Positions 1-9,964 are shown, numbered from the stretch's first letter. The stretch: 64,000 nucleotides of DNA from Candidatus Moraniibacteriota bacterium (GCA_052034935.1 JBPOIB010000001.1:172173-236172); one strand, 5' to 3'. Notes: a model not told the origin generated them from the sequence alone. Numbers and translations are program-made.

Positions 1-1
1 G

Positions 2-682
2 ATCAAAGTCGAGTTTGACCGCTCCGTGAAGGATTTTTACATCGATTTCCAGTTCGATCCACTAGTCGAAGTGGTCTATCAAAATAATCCGGAGAAAACT
101 GTTTTCGAGATCCTGCCAAAGGACCCGCTTCCTGCCGGAAAAGAGTATCAGCTCCGTATCCGTTCCCGTTTCCGAAGCGCTACCGACGACCAGTATCAGT
201 CGATCGCGGCGACCACATTCACGACCTTGCCGCCGAAGCCAGTAGCAGTGAGTCGCGACTACGCCACCCGGATCGAAGAGGCGAAGCGCTTTACGCGTGC
301 GAGGAAGTCGGAAGGGAAATACATTGATGTGAATACGGCTGCCCAGGTTATGACGCTTTTTGAGAATGGTCGCGCTGTCGATGCCTATATGATTTCCTCC
401 GGCAAGCCGGGGATGGATACCCCGAAGGGTGAATTTGCTATTCACAATCAGGCCCTCCGGCCTTGGTCGAAGAAATACAGTCTCTATATGCCGCATTGGC
501 AGGCCATCACACCGGACGGGCTGTACGGCATCCATGAGTTACCGGAATGGCCGGGCGGTTACAAGGAGGGCGCGAATCATCTCGGCACGCCGGTTTCGCA
601 CGGCTGTATCCGGCTTGGTGTCGGATCGGCGAAGCGCGTGTACGAATGGTCGACCGTCGGTACACCGGTGGTGATATACTAG
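2..682 (+). CDS. L,D-transpeptidase (YkuD domain), 5'-partial at window edge
   Basis: C-terminal catalytic motif ...HGCIRLG... with upstream conserved YkuD region; frame is open back to nt 2, so the gene probably starts upstream of the window (the track starts at GTG 26). Confidence 0.75.
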   Translation: MKVEFDRSVKDFYIDFQFDPLVEVVYQNNPEKTVFEILPKDPLPAGKEYQLRIRSRFRSATDDQYQSIAATTFTTLPPKPVAVSRDYATRIEEAKRFTRARKSEGKYIDVNTAAQVMTLFENGRAVDAYMISSGKPGMDTPKGEFAIHNQALRPWSKKYSLYMPHWQAITPDGLYGIHELPEWPGGYKEGANHLGTPVSHGCIRLGVGSAKRVYEWSTVGTPVVIY

Positions 683-699
683 GGCCAAAGAAAAGACCT

Positions 700-1170
700 A
701 TGCAACGGAAACTCTTCACGCTCGTGTTCATCGTCAAAGGAAAAAATATTCTCCTCGGGATGAAGAAGCGCGGCTTCGGTGCTGGTCGCTGGAACGGCTT
801 CGGCGGCAAAGTCGAGCCAGGCGAATCGATCGATGAAGCGGCGAGGCGCGAAACGAAAGAAGAATGCGGCGTCGGAATTACAGCGATGGAAGAGGTGGGT
901 ATCCATGAATTCAGATTCGCCGCGAAGCCTGATGAGGTGCTCGAAGTACATGTCTTTCGTGTCAGTGAGTATAAATGGGAGCCGGTTGAGACGGAAGAGA
1001 TGCGGCCGCAGTGGTTTTCGGTTACCGAGATTCCGTACGACAACATGTGGCCGGATGACCGGTTGTGGATTCCTACGTTCCTCGCTGGAAAGAAGTTTCG
1101 GACGAGTTTCCTTTTTGGCGAAGAGGACACAGTTCTCGAACAAGAGATCCGGATCCTGGAAACGTTGTAG
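700..1170 (+). CDS. NUDIX hydrolase, MTH1/NUDT1-like 8-oxo-dGTP diphosphatase
   Basis: ATG at 700 within ORF 547..1170; Nudix box GGKVEPGESIDEAARRETKEECG; LGMKKRGFGAGRWNGFGGKV and EMRPQWF...MWPDD are collinear with human MTH1 as I recall it. Confidence 0.8.
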   Translation: MQRKLFTLVFIVKGKNILLGMKKRGFGAGRWNGFGGKVEPGESIDEAARRETKEECGVGITAMEEVGIHEFRFAAKPDEVLEVHVFRVSEYKWEPVETEEMRPQWFSVTEIPYDNMWPDDRLWIPTFLAGKKFRTSFLFGEEDTVLEQEIRILETL

Positions 1171-1235
1171 TAAAGAAAAAAGCGCGGCCGAGATACTCGG
1201 CGCGCTTGAGGCTGGTCAAAGAACGGCGGAAAAAA

Positions 1236-1877
1236 TCAGTGCTGGTGTCGGCAGTGGTGTTTTGCTGTTTTTGCCTCACGCCCGAAGGCTTGGTGGGCAC
1301 CGTATGCCATCCGCCACCAGATGATCGCTACGATTGTGATTGCCGCCCAGGCATCAGCCAGGGGGAGGCCGAAGAAGGCAGCGGCAGCTGTCCCGGTGAT
1401 TGCAGCGACACTCCCGGCGACATCGGTCACGATATGGAGCATCTGTCCCCAGTGGGTAAGGTTGCGGTGTTCTTCGGGCGCGCCGAAGTGGATACGGAGC
1501 TGCCAAAGGTTCATGAGTAGCGAAAAAGCTGCGACCGCGACCGTCCAGCCGAAGAGGCCGGGAGCCTCCTGACCGAGTATTTTTCGGATGGCTTCATACC
1601 CCATGAAAGCGGTCGAGAGGCCGATGAGGACGAGACTCGCCGCGAACCCAGCCTTGCGGATCCGCTCTGGGTGAGGAAGGAGTCGAGCTCGGTCGGATAC
1701 GAAGGCATTGAGCAGATTTTCGAACACATCGAGCAGCGTATGGATGGCGTCTGTGATGAGGGCGAGACTGCCAGTAAAAATGCCAGCGGCGAGCTCGACG
1801 ACACAGGTGATGAGGGAAAGCGGGGCGAGTCGGAGATAGCGATTCCGTTCGCTCGTATCGTGCGAATGAGGATGCAT
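1236..1877 (-). CDS. cation diffusion facilitator (CDF) family metal transporter, short form
   Basis: HSHD near the N-terminus, ITDAIH TM motif, multiple TM helices, His-rich C-terminus. Confidence 0.6.
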   Translation of the reverse strand: MHPHSHDTSERNRYLRLAPLSLITCVVELAAGIFTGSLALITDAIHTLLDVFENLLNAFVSDRARLLPHPERIRKAGFAASLVLIGLSTAFMGYEAIRKILGQEAPGLFGWTVAVAAFSLLMNLWQLRIHFGAPEEHRNLTHWGQMLHIVTDVAGSVAAITGTAAAAFFGLPLADAWAAITIVAIIWWRMAYGAHQAFGREAKTAKHHCRHQH

Positions 1878-1978
1878 GTGGTACTCCCAGGGTTGTCAAA
1901 GAAGAATGGCCCGAGTATGACCCAAGCGATGCGGCGTGTCAAACAAAAAACCGGCTTTCAGCCGGTTTCGTGAGAATG

Positions 1979-2191
1979 TTAGAGTTTCTCAATCTCTTTC
2001 AGGTCCTTATCTGGAAAATAGAGGATGGCGAGGCCGAGGATGACGCCCGGGAGCGCCGTCCAGAAGTGGTTGCCTGCGAAAAAAAGCATGTCGACACCAT
2101 CGAGAAGGAGCCAGATACCGCGCCAGACGAGAACGAGGCCGACGACCGTCGCGATATTCTTAGCGAGATAACGGGGAGTAATCTTGTGCAT
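1979..2191 (-). CDS. small membrane protein, hypothetical
   Basis: 70-aa ORF with two hydrophobic helices; hairpin plus T-tract terminator directly downstream on the minus strand (1935-1960). Confidence 0.4.
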   Translation of the reverse strand: MHKITPRYLAKNIATVVGLVLVWRGIWLLLDGVDMLFFAGNHFWTALPGVILGLAILYFPDKDLKEIEKL

Positions 2192-2340
2192 ATAAACTTA
2201 TTGAGGTGGCCAATTCAACATCTGCAGTATAGCTATTTTGGTCTGATCTGGGAAGGTAAACCGGCTTTACGAGCCGTTCAAAATCTGATATTCTGGGTTC
2301 CCCGAGGAATGGTCCGAAGGGGAAAACAGGAGAGATTCCC

Positions 2341-2520
2341 ATGCAACAAAAGGCCGTGCAAGTCGGTGTGTTCGTCGCTGTGCTGAGCGCTGCTCCGCTC
2401 GCGTACACCGCCCCTCCGCCTCCGCCGCCGGCACCACCACCGATTGCGATGGTGACGGATCCGGCGCCAGCGCCTTTCGTCGAAAGTCAGCGCACCTCGT
2501 CTGACACCAACGCCTGACCC
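2341..2520 (+). CDS. small secreted proline-rich protein, hypothetical
   Basis: ATG preceded by a GGAG RBS; signal-peptide-like N-terminus then PPPPPPAPPP; followed by a strong terminator; 59 aa, so below the ORF-track cutoff. Confidence 0.35.
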
Positions 2521-2557
2521 CGTCAGGTACGCGCTTCAGTCTTTCTGGCTGAGTGCT

Positions 2558-2600
2558 CCCCGTAGGCGCCAACGTGTGCCTACGGGGTTTTCTTTTTATC
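2558..2600 (+). terminator. intrinsic terminator
   Basis: CCCCGTAGGC-loop-GCCTACGGGG followed by TTTTCTTTTT. Confidence 0.7.
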
Positions 2601-2659
2601 TGACTGGATGCTTGAAATCAGGACGAAAGCTTGCTATCCTACAAACCGTTATTCGTGCT

Positions 2660-2730
2660 GGGCCTGTAGTAAAGTGGTATTACGCGGCATTCGCATTGCC
2701 GAGTCGGGAGTTCGATTCTCCCCAGGTCCA
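2660..2730 (+). tRNA. tRNA-Ala (anticodon CGC)
   Basis: Cloverleaf read by eye: acceptor GGGCCTG/CAGGTCC with the G3:U70 Ala identity pair, D-loop AGTGGTA, anticodon loop TTCGCAT, T-loop TTCGATT; no encoded CCA; TTGAAA-17-TATCCT promoter upstream. Confidence 0.85.
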
Positions 2731-2845
2731 CAGAAATGATTTCTCATTGGGCGGGTTGTTGAGTCGGGAGTTCTCGTCTGCTGCGGCCGAGGATGCTTCT
2801 CTCCAGGTCTACACATTACTTCTGGACGTTAATCGTCAGATTGCT

Positions 2846-3529
2846 ATGCTCAAAACTCTCCGGGCCTGGCGCGCCGCGCCGCGCTTCCAAGCATTCATCG
2901 GATCGAAGCCGATTCTACTCGCTCTTTCCTCGATTGCTTGGCCGAGGAAGATTATTCGCCGATTGTACGGCTGGGTCGTCGGCTGGGCGGAAACGAAGCG
3001 CGCCGAGCAAGCACTCGCTGGTATCGCGTTTGCGGAAAGCTCATTCTTCCCGATTCCGCCGGATCCGCTCCTTATCGCTATGGTGATGGCAAAACCAGCG
3101 AGTTTTCTTCGTCATGCGGCGATCTGCACGATCGCGAGCGCGCTCGGAGGTGCGCTCGGTTACTTGATCGGCCTCGCTCTCTTCAGTACGGTCGGCATGT
3201 GGATCGTGAATACCTACGGGTTGCAGGAAGAATTCGTGCATATCGGAACGCGGTATGAGGAGAATGCTTTCTTGACCGTCTTCACCGCAGCCTTTACGCC
3301 GATCCCGTACAAACTCATTACCGTCGCCGCTGGCGTCTTCCGGATCGATTTTGTCATGTTCATGTTCGCATCGCTCATCGGCCGGGGTATGCGTTTCTTT
3401 CTCGTGGCCTTTCTTATGCACCATCTCGGCAGTCGCTACAAGGACTCGATTGAGAAATATATCGATCTTCTTTCAATCGCTTTCGTCGTTCTCCTTGTTC
3501 TCGGATTCCTTGCGCTCAAATACGTGTAA
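2846..3529 (+). CDS. DedA/YqaA family membrane protein
   Basis: ATG 2846 in frame with ORF 2576..3529 (the upstream part overlaps the tRNA); motif FFPIPPDPLLIAMV and multiple TM helices. Confidence 0.75.
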   Translation: MLKTLRAWRAAPRFQAFIGSKPILLALSSIAWPRKIIRRLYGWVVGWAETKRAEQALAGIAFAESSFFPIPPDPLLIAMVMAKPASFLRHAAICTIASALGGALGYLIGLALFSTVGMWIVNTYGLQEEFVHIGTRYEENAFLTVFTAAFTPIPYKLITVAAGVFRIDFVMFMFASLIGRGMRFFLVAFLMHHLGSRYKDSIEKYIDLLSIAFVVLLVLGFLALKYV

Positions 3530-3571
3530 TCCGTACTTTGGCGTGCTGCCTGCATTGTTTTGGACCGCGGT

Positions 3572-5881
3572 CTATCGTCCGGTATGGAAGTCAGCGGGTG
3601 GCACTTCGAAAATCGTATAATACGGCGACCCCCAGACCACTCGGAGGTTATGACCGACAAAATCAGTGAAGGCTTCGATTTTCGCATTGAAAGTGGGACG
3701 AGTACCTTGTTCGAGTTCCTCATTGTAGCCGCGTGCGTAGAGTACATAGCGAATGTCGAAATCACGCAGTCTTGAGAGTGTAAGGGCGTCATTACGTTCG
3801 CGGTGGATGCAGTTGAACGAATCGAGATGGGGGTCCATCACCGCCCGGCGGTCATTATCGGTAATGCCGTACCAGAGTTGAGAACTGGTGAGGAGAATGC
3901 GGCTTTCCGGGTCCTGATTCAGGATTTTGATAGCTCCGCCGTAACCGGCAATTGATTGATCGAGGAATTCATCAGCTGAGAGTTCATTTCCAGCAAAGAG
4001 GACTTGCGCCCGTTCGCCTTTCAGCTTCATCTGGACCAGAGTATTTCCGATGAGGCCGAGCGCGAGCACAACACAGAAATATATAAACAGGATACGGGAA
4101 AAGCGGACTTTTTCGCGAAGCCCGACGACAAGCAGGATGAGGAGTGCCAGCCCCGGGTAGGCGTACCAGAAGACTCCTTCACCGAGTACGGCCCAGAGCG
4201 AAAAATAGCCGAAGGCAAACAGCGCGATCAGTGGTCCTGGTTGCTCGTGCCATGGCGGCTTCGGAGAAATAGCTCCATTTTGACGGATGGCGAAGTACCA
4301 AGGAAGTAGTGCGAGAAAAAGAAAGCCAATTTCAGTCGCGAACGATCCAATATGAACGTTCATAGTCGTGTCCCAAGGAAGTTTGAGCCAGCGTTCGATT
4401 GGGCCGCGTGCTGGAACAAAGCGCGAGAAATCCTCGGCGGCCCCGGTGGCTAAGCAGGAATTTCTCCAAACGTAAGTAGTGACTTCGTTCCGGAGCTTTT
4501 GATATTCGTCAGTTGACTCACTTGAAATGAGGGCCTCGAACGAATTAATCGCCGAAGAGACCGGATGTGTCGTAAGTCCGTAGCTGATCCAAGGGAGTAG
4601 TGGTATCAGGCCAATAATAATCATCATGATGAGCGATCGCCACGTAATGTCGAAAGCCCTTCGTTGATGAGCGATGAGGGTAGCCGTGATAGCGAGCGGG
4701 GCGATCAGGAAGAGAGCGGTGAGCTTGATGATGACGGCGAAAGAAAATAATCCGAGTGCGCTGTGCCAGAAAATCAACTTTTTCTCAGCGACCGAGCGGA
4801 TGAGCGACCATAACACCATCGCCGAGACGGCAAAGAGGAGGGGGTCAGGCTTTACCTCACGAATGGCGAGTGCTGCTCCGATCGGGAGCGAGAGAAGGAT
4901 GATGGCGGAAAGGGCGCCGGTGCGACGGCTAAAGACGGCTTGTCCGAAGCCGTAGAGAATGAACATACCGAAAAAGAGACAGTAGGTACCAAGACTCATC
5001 GCGAGGAGGAGGGTGTCATCACCAGATGCGATTCTAATCGTGGCGGCGAGAATCTCGAACGGGTAAGGACGTCCGCCGGCGATGATCTCGCCGCGCTCTG
5101 ATACGATATGCACCCGGTCCATGTAATGGGTCATGTCGTCATAACCGGTTGGGTGCGGCTTGATCGATTGTGTCAGTACGAAGGCGACAAGGAAGCATCC
5201 GAGCGCAAGAAGGTATGGTTCCGCTGACCGGAAGTGCGGCTGCCACTTACCGGTTACGTCGAACATTTGGCGAAAAAGTGCCGTCACTGCCCGGTGCTCC
5301 CAGATGACTAGGAGAGAGAAGGTAATCCAGATTATCCAGCCAGGAAGACCACCGAGCATTCCGAGTCCGAGGAGGAGGGTGCTCCAGAGAAACATTCCCG
5401 CGATAATCCTTAGTGCTATGCCATAGACCGAATGTTGGTCTTGGATCGGGTGGCGCAAGACGGTTCGGAACAAGAGATTGCCAGCACCGAAGAAAGCGAT
5501 AGTCAGGAAAACATACGTCAGAATGACGGATCCAAATTTTGCAGCAAAGGAGAGATTGGCTGATGCCCACGATGCGAGTGGGATGAGTGGACCGTCGGCG
5601 AAGATGAGTCCGCGGAGGAAAGCCTGGGTATTGAAGATAGTAGCGCTCAAGATAAAGACAACGGGGAGAATGAAGACTGGTCTGAAGTGAAAACTCAAAG
5701 AGGGATGCTTCCGGGAGTACTGGAAGCAGAAAAAGAGCACCAGGGCGACGAGGCTGCTGGCGAGGAAAAAAGGAAGGCCAATCGAGAGTTGATTGTCCGG
5801 CAGCATGACGAAATGATGCCTGAACCAGACCGCGATGACCGCGCCCGAAAAACCGAGGAGGAGAATATGAAGAATGGGCAT
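3572..5881 (-). CDS. large polytopic membrane protein, putative GT-C (ArnT/PMT-like) glycosyltransferase with C-terminal soluble domain
   Basis: About 770 aa with more than 12 predicted TM helices followed by a roughly 180-aa soluble C-terminal domain; start chosen at MPILH (5881), but the ORF extends to 6001. Confidence 0.5.
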   Translation of the reverse strand: MPILHILLLGFSGAVIAVWFRHHFVMLPDNQLSIGLPFFLASSLVALVLFFCFQYSRKHPSLSFHFRPVFILPVVFILSATIFNTQAFLRGLIFADGPLIPLASWASANLSFAAKFGSVILTYVFLTIAFFGAGNLLFRTVLRHPIQDQHSVYGIALRIIAGMFLWSTLLLGLGMLGGLPGWIIWITFSLLVIWEHRAVTALFRQMFDVTGKWQPHFRSAEPYLLALGCFLVAFVLTQSIKPHPTGYDDMTHYMDRVHIVSERGEIIAGGRPYPFEILAATIRIASGDDTLLLAMSLGTYCLFFGMFILYGFGQAVFSRRTGALSAIILLSLPIGAALAIREVKPDPLLFAVSAMVLWSLIRSVAEKKLIFWHSALGLFSFAVIIKLTALFLIAPLAITATLIAHQRRAFDITWRSLIMMIIIGLIPLLPWISYGLTTHPVSSAINSFEALISSESTDEYQKLRNEVTTYVWRNSCLATGAAEDFSRFVPARGPIERWLKLPWDTTMNVHIGSFATEIGFLFLALLPWYFAIRQNGAISPKPPWHEQPGPLIALFAFGYFSLWAVLGEGVFWYAYPGLALLILLVVGLREKVRFSRILFIYFCVVLALGLIGNTLVQMKLKGERAQVLFAGNELSADEFLDQSIAGYGGAIKILNQDPESRILLTSSQLWYGITDNDRRAVMDPHLDSFNCIHRERNDALTLSRLRDFDIRYVLYARGYNEELEQGTRPTFNAKIEAFTDFVGHNLRVVWGSPYYTIFEVPPADFHTGR

Positions 5882-6057
5882 AAGAGCAGTGTTTCTATAG
5901 TATCGGACCGGGACCGGAAGCGGAAGTTGACTTTTGAGCCGTTTTTCCCTACTGTACAGCCACCAAAGGCGCGCTTTCAGGCGGGCTTTTCTGGCGCTCA
6001 ACCGAGCTTTTGAACCTTCCCAATCAACCCCAACTCCTCATGAAAGGGGAACACACC

Positions 6058-6966
6058 ATGATCGCTTTCCGAGATGCGCTGATGGCGGCTCAAGCCAAGA
6101 ACAATTCCTGCCTCTGCGTCGGTTTCGATCCGGAACCGAGCAAATTCCCCGGCTTCCTCGAAGGGGATCCGGCCCGCATCTACGACTTCTGCACCAGCGT
6201 CCTGGATGCGACGAGGGACCTCGTCTGCTGCTACAAGCCGCAGATCGCGTACTTCGCGGCCAATCGCGCCGAAGATCAGCTCGAGCGCTTGATCGCCCGC
6301 ATTCACGAGACCGCGCCGGGCATCCCGGTCATCCTCGATGCGAAGCGCGGGGACATCGGTGAGACGGCCAAGCAGTATGCCCGCGAAGCGTTCGAACGGT
6401 ACCGGGCTGATGCGTTGACGCTCTCGCCGTACATGGGTTTCGACTCGATCGAACCCTATTTGAGCTGGGATGGCAAGGGACTCTTTCTCCTGGACCGGAC
6501 CTCCAATCCGGGCGGTGCCGAGACGCAGCAGTGCGTCATGACGACAAGTCAGGAGTTCTACGCCGAAATCATGCGCGGCCGCCCGGCAGACGAAGAACTG
6601 TCGTTCTCGATGTCTATGCAGATTCCCTACTACCAGTACCTCGCGCACCTGGCGACCAATGGGCGGAAGTGGAACGCTTCCGGGCGCATCGGTCTCGTCG
6701 TCGGTGCCACGCATCCCGAAGAGCTGCGCCAGGTCCGAGGGATCGCTCCGCATGCCCCGCTGCTCATCCCGGGTGTCGGAGCGCAGGGGGCAACCGAGCG
6801 CGATGCGATGTCGGCCTGGTCGCCGCATGCCCCGGTCGTCGTGAACTCGTCTCGGGCCGTGCTGTACCCGAAGCTCTTGCCGAGCGAGGACTACATGGTG
6901 GCCGTGCGCCGAGTAGCGCTCGCCACGCGTGATGGACTCAACGCTGCCCGTTCCCTGTCATCTTGA
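6058..6966 (+). CDS. pyrF: orotidine 5'-phosphate decarboxylase, type 2
   Basis: DAKRGDIGETA active-site region typical of long-form OMP decarboxylases; GGGGA RBS before ATG 6058. Confidence 0.8.
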   Translation: MIAFRDALMAAQAKNNSCLCVGFDPEPSKFPGFLEGDPARIYDFCTSVLDATRDLVCCYKPQIAYFAANRAEDQLERLIARIHETAPGIPVILDAKRGDIGETAKQYAREAFERYRADALTLSPYMGFDSIEPYLSWDGKGLFLLDRTSNPGGAETQQCVMTTSQEFYAEIMRGRPADEELSFSMSMQIPYYQYLAHLATNGRKWNASGRIGLVVGATHPEELRQVRGIAPHAPLLIPGVGAQGATERDAMSAWSPHAPVVVNSSRAVLYPKLLPSEDYMVAVRRVALATRDGLNAARSLSS

Positions 6967-7015
6967 TTCCCCAACCCACGTCATCAATGCCTGAACAAGG
7001 CAGCAGGAGAGTGTC

Positions 7016-7738
7016 ATGAAAAGGAAACCCGCGATCATCCGCGACGATCATGCCGAGACGCTGATCAATTGCGGTGGCTTCTACCTGGCTCCGCCGACCG
7101 GTCCCTTGGTCGGCTATGCTGGTAGCTACGAACCCGGCAAGCACTACGTCGGCTTCGGCTACTTCAACGTCGCGATGGCCGAGGAGTGGCCGGACGTGAT
7201 GGACCACTTCGCCGGCTGCCTCGGTGATCAGCTCCACAACGACGGACATCGTCCGGACGTCATCCTGGGGGCACCCATGGGCGGCATCGTCTTTGGGCAG
7301 AACCTTGCCCGGTCGCTTCGCTGCCGCTTCATCTTCGCCGAGAAGATCCAGAAGACAGCTGGCGTCGATGGCCAACGCGGCAAGGAAGAGCTCGTACTCG
7401 CTCGCCACGAAATCCATCCCGGCGAGCTGGTGGGCATCGCGGAAGACATCGCGAACAACTTCACCACGACGCTCGAGCTCATGAAGCTCATCGTGTCCGC
7501 CGGTGGTGTTCCGGTTTTCCTCGCCTGCGTGGTGAATCGATCAGACCGTACGGTATATTCAACCGATGGCATCGGCCCGCTGCCGGTCGCCAGTCTCATC
7601 CATCGACCGACACCACAGTACCGCCAGGACGATTCCGTCGTGGCGGAGTTGGTTCGATCCGGCCGGGTCGTCTGGAAGCCGAAGCACCATTGGCCGGAAC
7701 TGAAGGCGGCGATGGATGCTGCGGCAGTATCAGCCTGA
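7016..7738 (+). CDS. pyrE: phosphoribosyltransferase, probably orotate phosphoribosyltransferase
   Basis: PRTase type I motif VILGAPMGGIVFG; immediately downstream of pyrF. Confidence 0.6.
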   Translation: MKRKPAIIRDDHAETLINCGGFYLAPPTGPLVGYAGSYEPGKHYVGFGYFNVAMAEEWPDVMDHFAGCLGDQLHNDGHRPDVILGAPMGGIVFGQNLARSLRCRFIFAEKIQKTAGVDGQRGKEELVLARHEIHPGELVGIAEDIANNFTTTLELMKLIVSAGGVPVFLACVVNRSDRTVYSTDGIGPLPVASLIHRPTPQYRQDDSVVAELVRSGRVVWKPKHHWPELKAAMDAAAVSA

Positions 7739-7820
7739 ACAGGCACCGTTTCGACAGGGTTTTCGGCGCATGCATCGCATGCGCCGCCGACCCTGTTTTT
7801 TCTTTGCTATACTTACCCCT

Positions 7821-8867
7821 ATGAAATTCTCCGACCTCGACCAGTACGACTACGGGCTTCCGCCCGAACTTATCCGCCGGGAGCCACTCGAGCCGCGCGA
7901 TAGCGCCCGCCTCTTTATCTATGATACGGCGACCGATACGGTCCGCTTCAATACGTTCCGGAATCTCGCTGCATACCTGCCTGAGAAGGCACTCATGGTG
8001 CTGAATGATACGCGCGTTCGACCGGCACGGCTTTGGCTTCGGAAACCGACTGGCGGCAAGATCGAGGTTTTTGTTCTGGTGAATGAGTGGGATAGCAAAA
8101 ATCTTATTCCGGCGCTGGTGGACCGCAAGGTTTCCGTCGGGGACCGGCTGAGCTTTCCGAATGGCGATGGGCTCATCGTGGAACGTCAGGAGGAAGCGAA
8201 ATTCTTTTTCCGTCTAGAAAGCGAACAGGCGCTTTTTGAATTGCTCGATCAGTATGGTGAAACGCCCGTGCCACATTATCTCGAGTCCGATGAGCAAAAT
8301 GAGGTGAAACTTCGCGAGCGTTATCAGACTATCTTTGCCTCGAGTGGTCAGTCGGTAGCGGCGCCGACGGCTTCGCTGCATTTTACCGATGCTGTCTTCG
8401 CTTCGCTCAAAGCGAAAAGAATTGATCAGACGCATATCACGCTCGATGTTGGGATGGGAACCTTTTCTCCATTGTCTGAAATCAGTTTTGAAACCGGAAA
8501 GCTCCATCAGGAATTTGTCACGGTTTCCATGGAGTCGGCAGAACAATTGGAAAGGGCGAAAGCGACGAATCAGTCCATCATCGCCGTCGGTACGACTGTG
8601 ACTCGGACACTCGAAACAATTGGGCAGAACCGGCCGGTTCAAGCGTTTGCGGGACCGATTGATACCTTTATTTATCCACCGCATCAGTTCCAAACCGTCG
8701 ATATCCTCATCACGAATTTTCACTTACCAAAAACCTCGCTCATGCTCCTCGTCGATGCTTTTCTCCAGAGCAAGAAGGCGAAGCGAAATATAAACGGGCT
8801 CTACCGGATTGCGATCAAAGAACGATTCTCCTTCTATTCTTTCGGTGACAGCATGCTCATCTTGTAG
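7821..8867 (+). CDS. queA: S-adenosylmethionine:tRNA ribosyltransferase-isomerase
   Basis: MKFSDLDQYDYGLPPELIRREPLEPRD...LNDTRVRPARL is collinear with QueA; ATG 7821 lies within ORF 7716..8867. Confidence 0.85.
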   Translation: MKFSDLDQYDYGLPPELIRREPLEPRDSARLFIYDTATDTVRFNTFRNLAAYLPEKALMVLNDTRVRPARLWLRKPTGGKIEVFVLVNEWDSKNLIPALVDRKVSVGDRLSFPNGDGLIVERQEEAKFFFRLESEQALFELLDQYGETPVPHYLESDEQNEVKLRERYQTIFASSGQSVAAPTASLHFTDAVFASLKAKRIDQTHITLDVGMGTFSPLSEISFETGKLHQEFVTVSMESAEQLERAKATNQSIIAVGTTVTRTLETIGQNRPVQAFAGPIDTFIYPPHQFQTVDILITNFHLPKTSLMLLVDAFLQSKKAKRNINGLYRIAIKERFSFYSFGDSMLIL

Positions 8868-8992
8868 CGTTTTCCGTTGACAAAACAGCTCAGGAATGGT
8901 AAGAATCAGCTATTGTTCCTTCCGTTCTTTTTCGTCTCTATTACGTGCACCGCGTCTCGGTGTTTGCTCTGTTTTGTCGCAGGAGTTGCCTC

Positions 8993-9958
8993 ATGAATCA
9001 AGTGAGTACGGCCATCCCATCCCCTCGGAGGCGCTGGGGTTTCAATCTCGCTTCTCTGATTCCTGGTCGATCCTCTGTTGCTCCGCCGGCCGTGGTGGAG
9101 CAGCCTCTCACCAAGATTGGTGACGCTGATGGTCAAGATCAGACCGATGCGCCAGAAGTTGCTCCGGAAGCTGTGTCAGCCAAGATAGGCGTGGCTCAAC
9201 TGTCGACCGATGGAGCAGTCGCTCTTCAGTCGACCACCCCATCGTTTCCGGCCGCCACCCCTGAGGCACCGTCACCCCTGTCAGTTCCTCCGTCTGTGCC
9301 TCCTGAATCGAGTCGCCGGCGGCGTGGTCAAATTGCTGCCATCCCTGATTCGGCGGCTGAAGAGATACAGGCGCGCTTGTTCGCCCTTCTCGGCGATGCC
9401 AGCCTGAAGTCTGGTGGTTTCGACACTGATGCCGTGCTTCACAAGCTGTGCTTGCATCCACCGCATGTCGATGATCTCTGCCGCCTTCTCGCCGCCCCCT
9501 TCATGGATGGAGGCAAGAAGATTGCTGCGGTTATCGGCCTCGGTGGCTACGGCGCCGTACTCGCTTTCGGGGTGGCGCGAATCTTGCCGCCGTTTCCGTT
9601 CGGCGAGGGAGAGTTTCGGCCGGTGTCCTTTCTCTCGGTTGACCAGGGCGTCAGCGAAAAGGGTGCTGTCTGGCGGTTAGCTTCACCGAAGGATGCAGCG
9701 ACAGTACTTCGCAATAAGCGCATCCTCATCGTTGCTCCGGTGCTGACCAAGGAGACCTGCACCCACATCCAGGCGTGTGTCAGACTCATCGAAGAGCCAA
9801 CCGGCGAGGGGCTCGGTGTCAACGCGACCGTGGTTGGCGTTTCGACGCTGTTTCAACTTCAGTGCAGCGGCAACCTGCCCAAAGGCCGCGTGAAGGGTTT
9901 CGAGACCCGATCGGTACTGCGACTGGACTTCCAGACGCACTCCGCCAAAGCGGTCTGA
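8993..9958 (+). CDS. hypothetical protein; Pro/Ala/Ser-rich N-terminal region, C-terminal PRTase-like fold?
   Basis: AGGAG RBS before ATG 8993; low-complexity N-terminus; RILIVAPVLTKETCT resembles a PRTase phosphoribosyl-binding loop. Confidence 0.45.
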   Translation: MNQVSTAIPSPRRRWGFNLASLIPGRSSVAPPAVVEQPLTKIGDADGQDQTDAPEVAPEAVSAKIGVAQLSTDGAVALQSTTPSFPAATPEAPSPLSVPPSVPPESSRRRRGQIAAIPDSAAEEIQARLFALLGDASLKSGGFDTDAVLHKLCLHPPHVDDLCRLLAAPFMDGGKKIAAVIGLGGYGAVLAFGVARILPPFPFGEGEFRPVSFLSVDQGVSEKGAVWRLASPKDAATVLRNKRILIVAPVLTKETCTHIQACVRLIEEPTGEGLGVNATVVGVSTLFQLQCSGNLPKGRVKGFETRSVLRLDFQTHSAKAV

Positions 9959-9964
9959 CCTGCT

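Noticed and set aside
5998-6828. 276-aa ORF on the minus strand
   Set aside because: Antisense to pyrF in a region above 63% GC; Arg/Ala/Gly-rich low-complexity translation with no motifs; typical high-GC shadow ORF.
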